DNA from: a virus
Virus genome (UHGV): UHGV-0383551
Length of the DNA stretch: 28,179 nt
Direction: 5' to 3' (one strand)
The notes under the pieces are model-generated. The model was not told where the DNA came from, did no database searches, and was given only the letters and a program-made list of their open reading frames with translations. Below are positions 16,097 through 24,522 of the stretch, one piece after another. Position 1 is the stretch's first letter. Each line of letters begins with the position of its first letter. Position numbers and translations under genes: made by a program.

Positions 16097-16422
16097 TCAC
16101 CCCCGTTACCGTAGAGGGTTTCAGCCGCTGATTTTTCTACATCACCGGAAACAGGAGCGATTGCCATATCAGTGATCTGCAGATCGGCGCTGCGATTAAC
16201 ACCATCGTCAGTTTCTCTGGCAGACAGGCCTCGAATAACAGCCTTTGCAGTTATCATCACTTCTGTTCCGACGCCCTGAGGTTGCGCCTTCAGCTTATTC
16301 AATGTGTCGTTATTAAGAGTGATGCACAGCCCCCACGGGTATTCATCGCGAGTTCTGGTTTCTCCGCTCTCATCCTGGTAGCTGTCAGTGCCGGTTTTGA
16401 GGTTTACGAGTTCCATATACAC
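16093..16422 (-). CDS. Small head-tail joining or head completion protein (109 aa)
   Basis: ORF overlapping the downstream gene by 4 nt, between the capsid and tail genes. Confidence 0.4.
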   Translation of the reverse strand: MYMELVNLKTGTDSYQDESGETRTRDEYPWGLCITLNNDTLNKLKAQPQGVGTEVMITAKAVIRGLSARETDDGVNRSADLQITDMAIAPVSGDVEKSAAETLYGNGGE

Positions 16423-16466
16423 TCCTGCAATAAAGGGGCCGAAGCCCCTTGTCGGATTCGCGAGGC

Positions 16467-16811
16467 TTACACGCCCAGTTCTTTACGCTTATCTGCGATC
16501 TTCTCGCGGAGCGTTTCGGCTTTAGCGTTATGGTGTGGCTTCTCGTTAAAGAGCAATTCGTACTCTTCACGGAGCTTATCCAGTTCACCATCATCTGACA
16601 CATCATTGATGATTTTGGTGCTGGTTGCTGCCATTGACACCTTTCCTGCAACTTTTGCTTTTGCCTGTCTGGCTGCATCGTTAACAGGTTCCAGTGCGCT
16701 ACCAGGCTCACCTTCGTATTCGATTTCTGCCCCCTCCGGCCACAGAGTGTTATGGATATGAGAGAGGCGCAGAACGAGGTATCTTGGTTTCTCACCTGAC
16801 ATCGATATCAC
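16467..16811 (-). CDS. Hypothetical virion-module protein (114 aa)
   Basis: ORF starting directly after the stop of the upstream gene. An alternative overlapping frame (16385-16795) was judged less likely. Confidence 0.4.
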   Translation of the reverse strand: MISMSGEKPRYLVLRLSHIHNTLWPEGAEIEYEGEPGSALEPVNDAARQAKAKVAGKVSMAATSTKIINDVSDDGELDKLREEYELLFNEKPHHNAKAETLREKIADKRKELGV

Positions 16812-16812
16812 C

Positions 16813-17250
16813 TTAACCAGTTACTTTTGAGCGGATCGGATACGGCGTATTGGCATCAACATCAAGACTGATACCAGCAGTGAATTCGCCAGCCGTTAGT
16901 GGGCCAGTTGCGACGGAGTAGTTAACACGCAGATATCGCTGAACACCGGCAGGCACCTTTGCAGAAACAACTCGTTTACCTGCTGTCAGGGCGGTCTTTG
17001 CCAGTGCGCCACTATCATAAATAGTGGTCCATGAGCTGTTATTTTCACTCGTCTGCAACTGGATGTTTACAGTTGCATCACCGCTTGCCGCGGCGGCTGT
17101 GTTAACCAGCGCCCAAAACTCAAGCTGGTAACCAACGCCGATATCACGACGTTTTCCGTCAATTGGACCGAGATCGATTACGTCAGTAGAAGCCGCGGTA
17201 TCAGTTACCGCCTGTGCTTCGGAGAACATCAACAGTTTGTCGGTGATCAT
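16813..17250 (-). CDS. Capsid-associated protein (145 aa), possibly a decoration or cement protein
   Basis: ORF immediately downstream of the major capsid gene; Thr/Ala/Ser-rich, predicted beta-rich. Assignment by position only. Confidence 0.4.
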   Translation of the reverse strand: MITDKLLMFSEAQAVTDTAASTDVIDLGPIDGKRRDIGVGYQLEFWALVNTAAAASGDATVNIQLQTSENNSSWTTIYDSGALAKTALTAGKRVVSAKVPAGVQRYLRVNYSVATGPLTAGEFTAGISLDVDANTPYPIRSKVTG

Positions 17251-17301
17251 CTTCTTTCTCCATTAGTGGGTCTGTTACGACCCACAGGTTAATAACAGGC
17301 G

Positions 17302-18294
17302 TTACACCACGCGGGCTTCTGTTTCCAGAAGCGCATCAGTTTCACGGATTGGTACACCACGGAATGAAGTCCACCACTCGCCTTCTGTCTCTTTTACGCT
17401 GATAGCCAGAGATGTTTTCTCCAGAGACTGCAGATCAAGAGCCTGGCCTACAGTGCGGTTCATGTAGAACACCGGGCGGCCCATGCCACGGTTTGGAATG
17501 CGATGTAGTGCTTTAACCATCAACTTCGCAATATTTGCGGCAGAGGATGGTTCTGAAAGATTGCTGACATCGATGTTTGCAATGCGAACAACATAACGCC
17601 AGTCACGCAGAGCAAGTCCGTTATCCCATTTGTAATGGGTGCGATAGCCTTCGTACTTGCCGCCATTAGCATCTTCCAGTGTCACCTGGCCTTTATCTTC
17701 CATCTGGATGCCAGCCTTCTGCCCTTTCGGGAAGATGCCATGCACGGTGTTTTCGCCCCACACCACTAACCAGATTGAAGTGTTATCTGTACCCGTGCCA
17801 CCAGCATCAATGATGTTCTGAGCATTACCCGCAGACAGGCTGGAATAGCGGGAGGACAGTCCCATAAACTGCTGAGGGTTAACGCTGGAATCACCATAAA
17901 ACAGCGTCTGCGCCATCTGCTGATTCATCGCTTCAATAAATGCGCGGTCTTCAGACAGGCGGAATTCGGCGGTATTGCCGTTCAGATCAGCCAGTGACTT
18001 ATCGACTTCCGCATAGGTTTCCAGCATGCCAACGGAATCGGTTACCTGCACTGTGGTTGATTTGCTTGGCTGTACGCCATAGTTCAGCAAACGCCAGGTA
18101 GCTGAAGGTAAACCAGAACGAATGGTGGTTCGGTGTCCGGTAGGAAGGTTCCCTTCGACAAAAGGCATATCCTGAAGGATCGGGTTAGTTTGACCGAGAA
18201 GCTCGATAATCTTATCGACTTTCCCGTTTGGATCGACGCGCTTACCCCAGTCAGCCAGCGTTAGCGCAGTTAAGCCTTTAACAGCCATTGTCAT
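17302..18294 (-). CDS. Major capsid protein (330 aa)
   Basis: Position directly after the scaffold-like gene, with size typical of HK97-fold capsid proteins of epsilon15-type phages (about 335 aa from memory). Confidence 0.7.
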   Translation of the reverse strand: MTMAVKGLTALTLADWGKRVDPNGKVDKIIELLGQTNPILQDMPFVEGNLPTGHRTTIRSGLPSATWRLLNYGVQPSKSTTVQVTDSVGMLETYAEVDKSLADLNGNTAEFRLSEDRAFIEAMNQQMAQTLFYGDSSVNPQQFMGLSSRYSSLSAGNAQNIIDAGGTGTDNTSIWLVVWGENTVHGIFPKGQKAGIQMEDKGQVTLEDANGGKYEGYRTHYKWDNGLALRDWRYVVRIANIDVSNLSEPSSAANIAKLMVKALHRIPNRGMGRPVFYMNRTVGQALDLQSLEKTSLAISVKETEGEWWTSFRGVPIRETDALLETEARVV

Positions 18295-18302
18295 TTCCTC
18301 TC

Positions 18303-19004
18303 TTATTTGCCATAGAGCACTTCGGCCGCACTACGCTGGCCTTCATTACCACCGGTGACCATGCCATCTTCAGACATCGCCTTTCCGATTTTCACGAACG
18401 TTTTGACCAGATCAGGGTGATTACCCAGCCCGGTGGTGTTCAGATATTCTTTGAGTTCAGGTGTCCCGAACTGGTCAAGCGCACGCTGTGCGGCGCTAAG
18501 GTTAGAAATCAACTTGTCGCCACCGATTTCTTTGTCGGCTTTTACATCCGCAGCCCACTGCTCGGTTGTTTTCTGCCAGGCTTCTGCCTGGCGCTGCTGA
18601 ACACCTGCCAGAATCTTCGGATAAGCATCAACCAGCTTTTGCGCTTGCTCGTTGGTCAGGTTTAGTTCTCGCGCCACCGGCTCGAATTCCTTCAACGCTT
18701 CTGTATCCAGCTCTACGCCTTCGGCAGCCTGAAACTCGTACTTTTCAGGCGCACCCTCTGGTTTATCGCCGTCCTTTTTTTCATCCTGCTTATCGTTTTC
18801 AGGCTTTTTGTCATCAGCAGGTTTATCGCCATCAGCAACAGGTTGTGGCTTATCACCTTCCTGTTGTGATGGATCACCAACTGGAGCAGGGTTATCACCT
18901 GCAGGCGCTGACGGTTCTGACGCAGCCGGAGCTGCTCCACCATCGACTGGTTGCTCATTGCAAAGACGGCGATACAGCAAACGCTCAAATAAATTCATGA
19001 TCAC
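18303..19004 (-). CDS. Scaffolding protein (233 aa)
   Basis: Acidic, low-complexity Pro/Asp/Lys/Glu-rich central region with predicted helical ends, located between the portal and capsid genes. Confidence 0.5.
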   Translation of the reverse strand: MIMNLFERLLYRRLCNEQPVDGGAAPAASEPSAPAGDNPAPVGDPSQQEGDKPQPVADGDKPADDKKPENDKQDEKKDGDKPEGAPEKYEFQAAEGVELDTEALKEFEPVARELNLTNEQAQKLVDAYPKILAGVQQRQAEAWQKTTEQWAADVKADKEIGGDKLISNLSAAQRALDQFGTPELKEYLNTTGLGNHPDLVKTFVKIGKAMSEDGMVTGGNEGQRSAAEVLYGK

Positions 19005-19297
19005 TCCTGTTCACTGGCCTCTTTGGCCATCTTCAAATACTGTTCAGGGCAATGCGCCATAACGCGCTGAAACAGTTCCAGCGCCAGATTGCGTTGCCCC
19101 TCATTAAATGCCATTGCCATAGCATCCATCGGAGAGATAGCGGAAAACACCCGGCCTTTCTCCAGCACCGACCAGACAACGCGACGCCCCTGTTCACTGC
19201 TCATGACAAAGCAAATGTCATCAATTTCACGCTGTGCCATGTCACGTTGCTTACGGGCGTTTTCTTCTTTCAGTTGATCGTCTTCGTAATCTGTCAT
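19001..19297 (-). CDS. Hypothetical small protein (98 aa) between portal and scaffold
   Basis: ORF with 4-nt overlaps to both neighbours, suggesting translational coupling. Confidence 0.45.
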   Translation of the reverse strand: MTDYEDDQLKEENARKQRDMAQREIDDICFVMSSEQGRRVVWSVLEKGRVFSAISPMDAMAMAFNEGQRNLALELFQRVMAHCPEQYLKMAKEASEQE

Positions 19298-20973
19298 TGT
19301 GATTGCCCACCCTGACCACTAACTGCATTCGCCATAGCTGACAAAACACTCGGATCCGAAGTTTTAGCTTCGCTTAGCGTCTTGGCACCCTGTGCCGCCG
19401 CCATCCCCATCGCCATCATTTGTTGCTGCTGTTGTTGCTGTGCCCGTTGCTGGCGAGCCTGCTCAACCTGTTCCTGCGGAACAATGACGGTTGGAGACAC
19501 TCCGGACATATCAGCGAATGCATCGATCGCCTGATCAACGTTGAGTTTGTCGAGAGCTTCTGGTTTCGCTTGCGCAAGTTGACCAATGAAGTTGACCGTA
19601 GACGCCAGACTGGACAGGCCGATAGACTTCTGCGCCTGAGCCATGACGGAAATGTATTCGACCTTCAGGGGCATACCTTCCATTGCGTCAGGCGGTGGCG
19701 GCAGCATGTTTTTACGCACCATCATCGAGAAAGCGCGGTCAATGAGAGGATTAAGACATTCGTCGTTCAGACGCTCCAGAACCGGCCCCAACATCAGAAG
19801 TTTTTCTTCTTTCATTTCGATCACCGCTTCAACAGGCATCGAGCGGGTATTGATGTTCTGCAACATCATGAACAGATCGACAAAGTAGGCGCTGTTAATG
19901 ATTTGACGGGTGTCCTGAATGTCTGCCACCAAATCTGCTGTACTGGGGTTAACCAGATAAGCAGGCCTGAAGCCATCCTGACCAGTAATCTGATCGATAT
20001 ACGTGATGTCGCCAGGAAGAAGGGAGGCGCGCTGATTCTTGAGGGAAGTCGGAGCAACCATCGGCGGATTGGTGGCTTTATCAATCAACTGCGACTTGCG
20101 CTTCTGGAGAAGCTGCAATGCCTTAACAGGTCCAAGCGCCAGCATACCCGGGCATGATGATCCATAAACATCTTCGCCATTAACTTCCCAGCGCGGAGCC
20201 ATAATTGGAAACTCATCAAATCCGGACTCACGCAACAACTTGTCGTTATCGCCACCAACCTCGTAATAAACCGATTTGAATGGCTTGTTCTTGCTATCCA
20301 GCTTCGATGTATCGCGGTCAATGTTCGGGTAAACCGAATGCATCACGTCAATCCACTTCTCGTAGGTGCCGCTTTCCCACATGCTTTTTACGGATTCGCT
20401 GACGTTATTTAGCCCGAACTCCTGAACAAGCTGACGAACAGTCATAGAGAACTTGCGAAAACAGGTGTCCACACTGCCACGAGGTGAGTTAGCCAGGTAG
20501 TAACTGCCTATCGGGAATGGCATTGTGCGAATGATGTCCTCGTCATCCTCCAGCACCGCCATTGCACCAGTGCTGTATGTGCCGAGGCTTCCGTATAACT
20601 GCGGAAGAGACTGGTAGAGATTCGACTTATTGAACATATCGTTCATGCGGTTCTGCACCGCCTCGAGCCACAACTTAACAGGACCATAATCCATCATTTC
20701 AGGATCTGGCGTAGCCAGGCGAAACCACGGACGCGCAGGGCTTGTGATGCCTGACATCATGCCGCTGGCGAGAGTGCGCGCCGCCATAGTCCCGGTCGAA
20801 TCAATAATGCGTGTATTGCGTCGATCGTTACGGTTGACCTCAGAAGTCAGAAAGCGGGAACCACGCGGGTTGATGTAATCACTCAACTCGCGCCAGTGCG
20901 GCTCGAACGACTGACGCTCGCTTTCAAGTTGTGCGAACTGTTTGTTCAATCGCTCTTTAGTTGTTTCCGCCAT
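19294..20973 (-). CDS. Portal (head-to-tail connector) protein, 559 aa
   Basis: Size and position; Gln-rich C-terminal tail (QQRAQQQQQQQMMAMGMAAAQ) as in podovirus portals; GGAG about 9 nt upstream of the ATG. Confidence 0.7.
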   Translation of the reverse strand: MAETTKERLNKQFAQLESERQSFEPHWRELSDYINPRGSRFLTSEVNRNDRRNTRIIDSTGTMAARTLASGMMSGITSPARPWFRLATPDPEMMDYGPVKLWLEAVQNRMNDMFNKSNLYQSLPQLYGSLGTYSTGAMAVLEDDEDIIRTMPFPIGSYYLANSPRGSVDTCFRKFSMTVRQLVQEFGLNNVSESVKSMWESGTYEKWIDVMHSVYPNIDRDTSKLDSKNKPFKSVYYEVGGDNDKLLRESGFDEFPIMAPRWEVNGEDVYGSSCPGMLALGPVKALQLLQKRKSQLIDKATNPPMVAPTSLKNQRASLLPGDITYIDQITGQDGFRPAYLVNPSTADLVADIQDTRQIINSAYFVDLFMMLQNINTRSMPVEAVIEMKEEKLLMLGPVLERLNDECLNPLIDRAFSMMVRKNMLPPPPDAMEGMPLKVEYISVMAQAQKSIGLSSLASTVNFIGQLAQAKPEALDKLNVDQAIDAFADMSGVSPTVIVPQEQVEQARQQRAQQQQQQQMMAMGMAAAQGAKTLSEAKTSDPSVLSAMANAVSGQGGQSQ

Positions 20974-20987
20974 TTCAATGACTCCGG

Positions 20988-21194
20988 TTACTGACCAAGC
21001 AGCGTTTTACCGCTGGTATTAGCGGTTGATGTGTCGCCCTGAGAACCGGTAAGCAGCGTAGAACTACGACCAGCAGCAGCGCGACGGCGACGTGTTTCTT
21101 CGTCGCGGGCATCAACAACGGCGGCATCCTGCTCCTGTGGTGCTGCCTGAACTTCTGGTGTTGCAGGCACTGACGGTGAGCTACCCATGCACAT
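20988..21194 (-). CDS. Small low-complexity protein (68 aa) preceding the portal gene
   Basis: The start context ACGGAGTCATTGAT-ATG nearly duplicates the portal start context CCGGAGTCATTGAA-ATG. An alternative overlapping frame (20975-21214) was judged less likely. Confidence 0.4.
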   Translation of the reverse strand: MCMGSSPSVPATPEVQAAPQEQDAAVVDARDEETRRRRAAAGRSSTLLTGSQGDTSTANTSGKTLLGQ

Positions 21195-21283
21195 ATCAAT
21201 GACTCCGTACGCAATTAAATGATCACCAATTTAACCACATATGATTTATTGATCGTAGATAGTTGACATTTAACGCATGAATT

Positions 21284-21299
21284 ATTACCTTTCAGGTAA
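21284..21299. promoter_or_regulatory. Inverted-repeat motif ATTACC-TTTCA-GGTAA (copy 4 of 4)
   Basis: Read directly from the sequence; about 90-105 bp upstream of the minus-strand ORF start at 21194. Confidence 0.55.
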
Positions 21300-21621
21300 G
21301 TAAAGTGTTCATTCCGGTTATTAACCTGACTGGCTTATCGTTAAATTGAACAGGTGGAGTGAGCTTTTATTTTGAGCAGTACGGCGTATGGCACATGCGC
21401 CGATAGCGGTCTGGATACGTTTAAGGGGCACCCTCCCTTGCTCGGGCAAACGAACCAGGTAGCCGGAATGTGCAAGTCGAGCGGTTTTATTCCGCGCACG
21501 GGGATTCACCATCCCGGCGATTCGGTGTGACGCCTCGGAAGAGACGAGGGTACAACGATGAGAGCATTTATGGAGCCGCGACAAAGTGTGGCGCCTTAAC
21601 AGGCTAAGTGCTCTCAGCGTT

Positions 21622-21698
21622 GTGGCATTAGCTCAGTTGGACAGAGCAACCGCCTTCTAAGCGGTTGGTCGCAGGTTCGAATCCTGCATGCCACGCCA
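21622..21698 (+). tRNA. tRNA-Arg, anticodon UCU (reads AGA), 77 nt including CCA
   Basis: Folded by hand: 7-bp acceptor stem GTGGCAT/ATGCCAC, D-arm GCTC...GAGC, anticodon stem ACCGC/GCGGT with loop CTTCTAA, T-arm GCAGG-TTCGAATC-CTGC, discriminator G, encoded CCA. The acceptor stem differs from my recollection of host argU, suggesting a phage-borne copy. Confidence 0.85.
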
Positions 21699-21741
21699 GA
21701 ATCACGCCTAAGGACCGTGATGCCAGAAGTTCCAGGTGCTT

Positions 21742-21784
21742 GGCGGTGATGGTTTCCCTTGAAGGACTATCACCGCCCTTTTTA
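21742..21784 (+). terminator. Intrinsic terminator after the tRNA (stem GGCGGTGAT/ATCACCGCC followed by CTTTTT)
   Basis: 9-bp stem with a long loop and T-tract, seen in the sequence. Confidence 0.5.
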
Positions 21785-21861
21785 CAGCAGGACGCCATTG
21801 CGATGACTTCATGCTGTAAACCCGTACAGCCACGGAAGGCATAACTCATTGCTTCCAGTTC

Positions 21862-21885
21862 GCCCGGTTCGCCGGGCATTTTTTT
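21862..21885 (+). terminator. Intrinsic terminator (GCCCGG-TTCG-CCGGGC followed by ATTTTTTT)
   Basis: 6-bp GC stem with a UUCG tetraloop and a long T-tract, ending only 11 nt before the ATG of the 21897 ORF. Confidence 0.65.
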
Positions 21886-21896
21886 AAGGTGAGATT

Positions 21897-22253
21897 ATGA
21901 ACGACCAGCAAATCGAAAAAGAAATCGTTGAGAAAGGCAAAACCGCTCCGCGAGTTACGCCTCAATATATCGAAAGCATCATTCTTGAAGAGCATTTCTT
22001 TACTGCTTATGACGGCATTCGTGCTGCCAATATGGGCGTTGGCGATACGTGGACAGCGCATAAATCTACAGACCTCCTTACTTTCTGCGTACTGGTGCTG
22101 AAGAATGGCTTCACCGTCACCGGAGAGAGTGCCTGTGCAAGCCCGGAAAACTTTGATGCAGAAATTGGTCGGAAAATTGCCCGGCAGAATGCTGTAAACA
22201 AAATCTGGATGCTTGAAGGTTACTTGCTGAAGCAGAAGTTAAGCGAGCAATAA
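21897..22253 (+). CDS. Conserved-looking phage hypothetical protein (118 aa), a moron inserted between the terminase and portal genes
   Basis: ORF on the opposite strand to the flanking late genes, with AAGGTGAG 6 nt upstream and its own downstream terminator. I could not place the family with confidence. Confidence 0.55.
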   Translation: MNDQQIEKEIVEKGKTAPRVTPQYIESIILEEHFFTAYDGIRAANMGVGDTWTAHKSTDLLTFCVLVLKNGFTVTGESACASPENFDAEIGRKIARQNAVNKIWMLEGYLLKQKLSEQ

Positions 22254-22257
22254 CACC

Positions 22258-22269
22258 GTGACATGTCAC
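22258..22269. repeat. 12-bp perfect palindrome GTGACATGTCAC (copy 2 of 3)
   Basis: Read directly; lies between the stop of the 21897 ORF and its terminator. Confidence 0.6.
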
Positions 22270-22273
22270 AAAC

Positions 22274-22300
22274 AGCCAGCTCATAGGCTGGCTTTGTTTT
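22274..22300 (+). terminator. Intrinsic terminator (AGCCAGC-TCATAG-GCTGGCT followed by TTGTTTT)
   Basis: 7-bp stem and T-rich tail seen in the sequence. Confidence 0.55.
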
Positions 22301-22343
22301 ATCCTCATCAGAGGATATCAACGACATTATCCCCACCAGCGGA

Positions 22344-23819
22344 TTAAGCATACGGGTCATAATCTGTGATGGCCTTGCCTTGCTGGTTCTGCTGCCCAGG
22401 AATTCGCAGACGCTTCGACACAGGGAAAGCAAACGTCAGCAATAGCGCATCGCCTTTACCAGGAGAACGCCCAAGCCGCTCCTTGATATCTTCCTTCGGT
22501 TCGATAACGATTTTACCGTCCACGCGAACTTTGTACTCTGCCGCCGACAGGTCGTCCGCTGTTTCCTGGTCATCCAGCATGCCGCCCAGCCTCAGCCATG
22601 TCTTGCATGAGTTGAACATCTCCCCACGCTTGTTAAGCATCTGCGGGTCAGTAGACGCGCCACCGAACGGAACAAGTTGCCATGTACGCCCCCAACCATC
22701 ACCGATTGACTTCAAACCGGTTCCGTAACCGAAGTCGATGAACACCGCGTCAGCCTGGTACTGGTCTTCAAAGTCAGCGATACGCTTCGCCATAATCAGA
22801 TCGTCAGTGGTCTTGTTGCCGGTCCACAGCACCTTACTGTGCAGCCCCTGCCGCAGATATATCACCGCGTCATCAACACCGGAGTATGCCGGGTCAACGC
22901 CGATTATCACCGGAGCATGTGCAACCTGCGCAGCGGTGACCACCCGTTTCATTGCCTCGTCAGTAAGTCCGGTAGGGATAAACTGCAATTCAGATGCATC
23001 CGGGAATATGCCGCGCACACGGATTTTAACGAAGTCGCTATCTTCCCCGTAGTCATCAACCCATTTCTGCAACTGCTGTTTGTTAGTGCCTTCCACCGTC
23101 CGGCTGTCAATCTGCGCAGTTTTCCAGCGGTGTTTGTATTTGCGGAAACATTCGCGAAAACGCCCGGTATTACGTGTAGGGTTTCCGAACGCCACCCAGA
23201 TAATCTCAGTGTCTTCGTCCGTAAGCGCACCCTCAGCAACTTCCCACACCAGATCCGCAATGTTCGACGCTTCATCGAATACCACGATGATGCGTTTGCG
23301 CTCGTTGTGTAGTCCGGCGAATGCCTCAGTGTTGTGCTCAGACCAGGGGATTGCGTCAGCTCGCCACCGCTTGTCGTGCCCAGGATCATTGCTGTACATC
23401 GCAGTAGCGGTACAGGTAAACCAGTCTTTCGTGATAGCAAGGTTCGACCACTTGATAATTTCCGGCCAGGTCTTCGTTCGTAGCTGGTTGTCGGTGTTGG
23501 CGGTCACCACGACCTTACAATCCTCGCAAGTGGACATGCCCCAGTTGATCAGCATTGAGATGAATGCGGATTTACCAATACCGTGACCCGAAGCACGTGC
23601 CAGCATAAGCGGCTGATAGCGCGTCTCTGGATTCTGCAGGTGATCACGTATCTCTCGGAACGCATCAGCCTGCCACTGACGTGGGCCGGTAGCATGTGCC
23701 AGTTCAGTCCCCTCTTCCCCCCACGGGAACGCATAGAGGGCATAGCCAAGCGGATCGTGAGTGAACCCTGCAATATCCTCGATCAACTGCTCTTCAGGAG
23801 ATAACGCTGTATCTGTCAC
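22344..23819 (-). CDS. Terminase large subunit (491 aa)
   Basis: Walker A-like ARASGHGIGKS, Walker B-like IIVVFDEAS, and a C-terminal nuclease-like region (IIGVDPAYSG...). Overlaps the upstream small-subunit gene by 4 nt. Confidence 0.85.
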   Translation of the reverse strand: MTDTALSPEEQLIEDIAGFTHDPLGYALYAFPWGEEGTELAHATGPRQWQADAFREIRDHLQNPETRYQPLMLARASGHGIGKSAFISMLINWGMSTCEDCKVVVTANTDNQLRTKTWPEIIKWSNLAITKDWFTCTATAMYSNDPGHDKRWRADAIPWSEHNTEAFAGLHNERKRIIVVFDEASNIADLVWEVAEGALTDEDTEIIWVAFGNPTRNTGRFRECFRKYKHRWKTAQIDSRTVEGTNKQQLQKWVDDYGEDSDFVKIRVRGIFPDASELQFIPTGLTDEAMKRVVTAAQVAHAPVIIGVDPAYSGVDDAVIYLRQGLHSKVLWTGNKTTDDLIMAKRIADFEDQYQADAVFIDFGYGTGLKSIGDGWGRTWQLVPFGGASTDPQMLNKRGEMFNSCKTWLRLGGMLDDQETADDLSAAEYKVRVDGKIVIEPKEDIKERLGRSPGKGDALLLTFAFPVSKRLRIPGQQNQQGKAITDYDPYA

Positions 23820-24412
23820 TGATTACCATCCTGACGTTCTTTGAGTCGCTTCCTGGCTGCTGCTATGCGATCAGCAATTGTCACATTCACATTAACATCC
23901 AGACGTTCTTTGAACGCGTTGACATCAACATGCTTACCAATCAGCTCAAGGTTCTTCACCTTGTCAGGCCATTTAATTTTTTTGAGGATTGTCTCTATCG
24001 AATCCTCGTTCATGTTCATGATGGTCGATGACAGATCAAAGCCACTAAGCGTAGTGCGCCAGATTTTCGGCCACTCACGGATTGGTTTAAGGCTCCCATC
24101 GTCGTTGAGGATGTCGATCACGTCCATCTGGTCGATCTGCACCAGGCGCATGAGAACGTAATCAGCACTGACGCGCATTCGTTTGTTGCGCTCCTCCATC
24201 AACTCGGCAATCCGTTTTTGAATGCGTTCATCGCGCATCATGACACTGGCTTTAACTGCCGCTGTATTTGGGGAGAATCCTGCGTTAATCGCTGCCTGAG
24301 TCTGGTTTTCAGGCGTTTTGATGTATGACTGGCAATAAGCCTCCTGCATTGCTGTTAGTGGCTTAAATTGCGTTGATTTGCGTTTATAGGTTTTAGGTTC
24401 AGCAGGCATCAT
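23816..24412 (-). CDS. Terminase small subunit (about 198 aa from the ATG-ATG at 24412; the track ORF extends to 24490)
   Basis: Segment KPLTAMQEAYCQSYIKTPENQTQAAINAGFSPNTAAVKASVMMRDERIQKRIAELMEE resembles phage small terminase subunits, and the gene sits directly upstream of the large subunit. The internal start has a GGTGG RBS; the longer start would run through the intergenic repeats. Confidence 0.7.
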   Translation of the reverse strand: MMPAEPKTYKRKSTQFKPLTAMQEAYCQSYIKTPENQTQAAINAGFSPNTAAVKASVMMRDERIQKRIAELMEERNKRMRVSADYVLMRLVQIDQMDVIDILNDDGSLKPIREWPKIWRTTLSGFDLSSTIMNMNEDSIETILKKIKWPDKVKNLELIGKHVDVNAFKERLDVNVNVTIADRIAAARKRLKERQDGNQ

Positions 24413-24420
24413 AACCACCG

Positions 24421-24452
24421 TGGTAATAGTTACCGTTTTGGTAATAGTACCA
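24421..24452. repeat. Tandem copies of TGGTAATAGT (24421-24430 and 24439-24448), each within a GGTAA...TACC inverted repeat, immediately upstream of the small terminase start
   Basis: Read directly. A 10-mer repeated within 30 bp is not statistically striking alone; noted because of its position and because it shares GGTAA/TTACC half-sites with the ATTACC-N5-GGTAA motif. Confidence 0.35.
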
Positions 24453-24454
24453 TG

Positions 24455-24481
24455 CAAAATAAAGCCGCCATAGTTGGCGGC
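24455..24481 (-). terminator. Intrinsic terminator separating the early block from the terminase genes (GCCGCCA-ACTA-TGGCGGC followed by TTTATTTTG on the minus strand)
   Basis: 7-bp GC-rich stem and U-rich tract in minus-strand orientation. Confidence 0.6.
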
Positions 24482-24522
24482 AGTATTCAAAACCCATCAA
24501 ATTCATCATGCATAATCTACTC

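Noticed and set aside
19420-20157. 245-aa plus-strand ORF antisense to the portal gene
   Set aside because: It lies entirely within the strongly supported portal gene on the other strand, has no RBS, and its Arg/His/Leu-rich product is typical of antisense frames in GC-balanced coding DNA.
21628-21879. 83-aa minus-strand ORF overlapping the tRNA-Arg and its terminators
   Set aside because: The same interval is fully explained by a canonical tRNA and two hairpin terminators.
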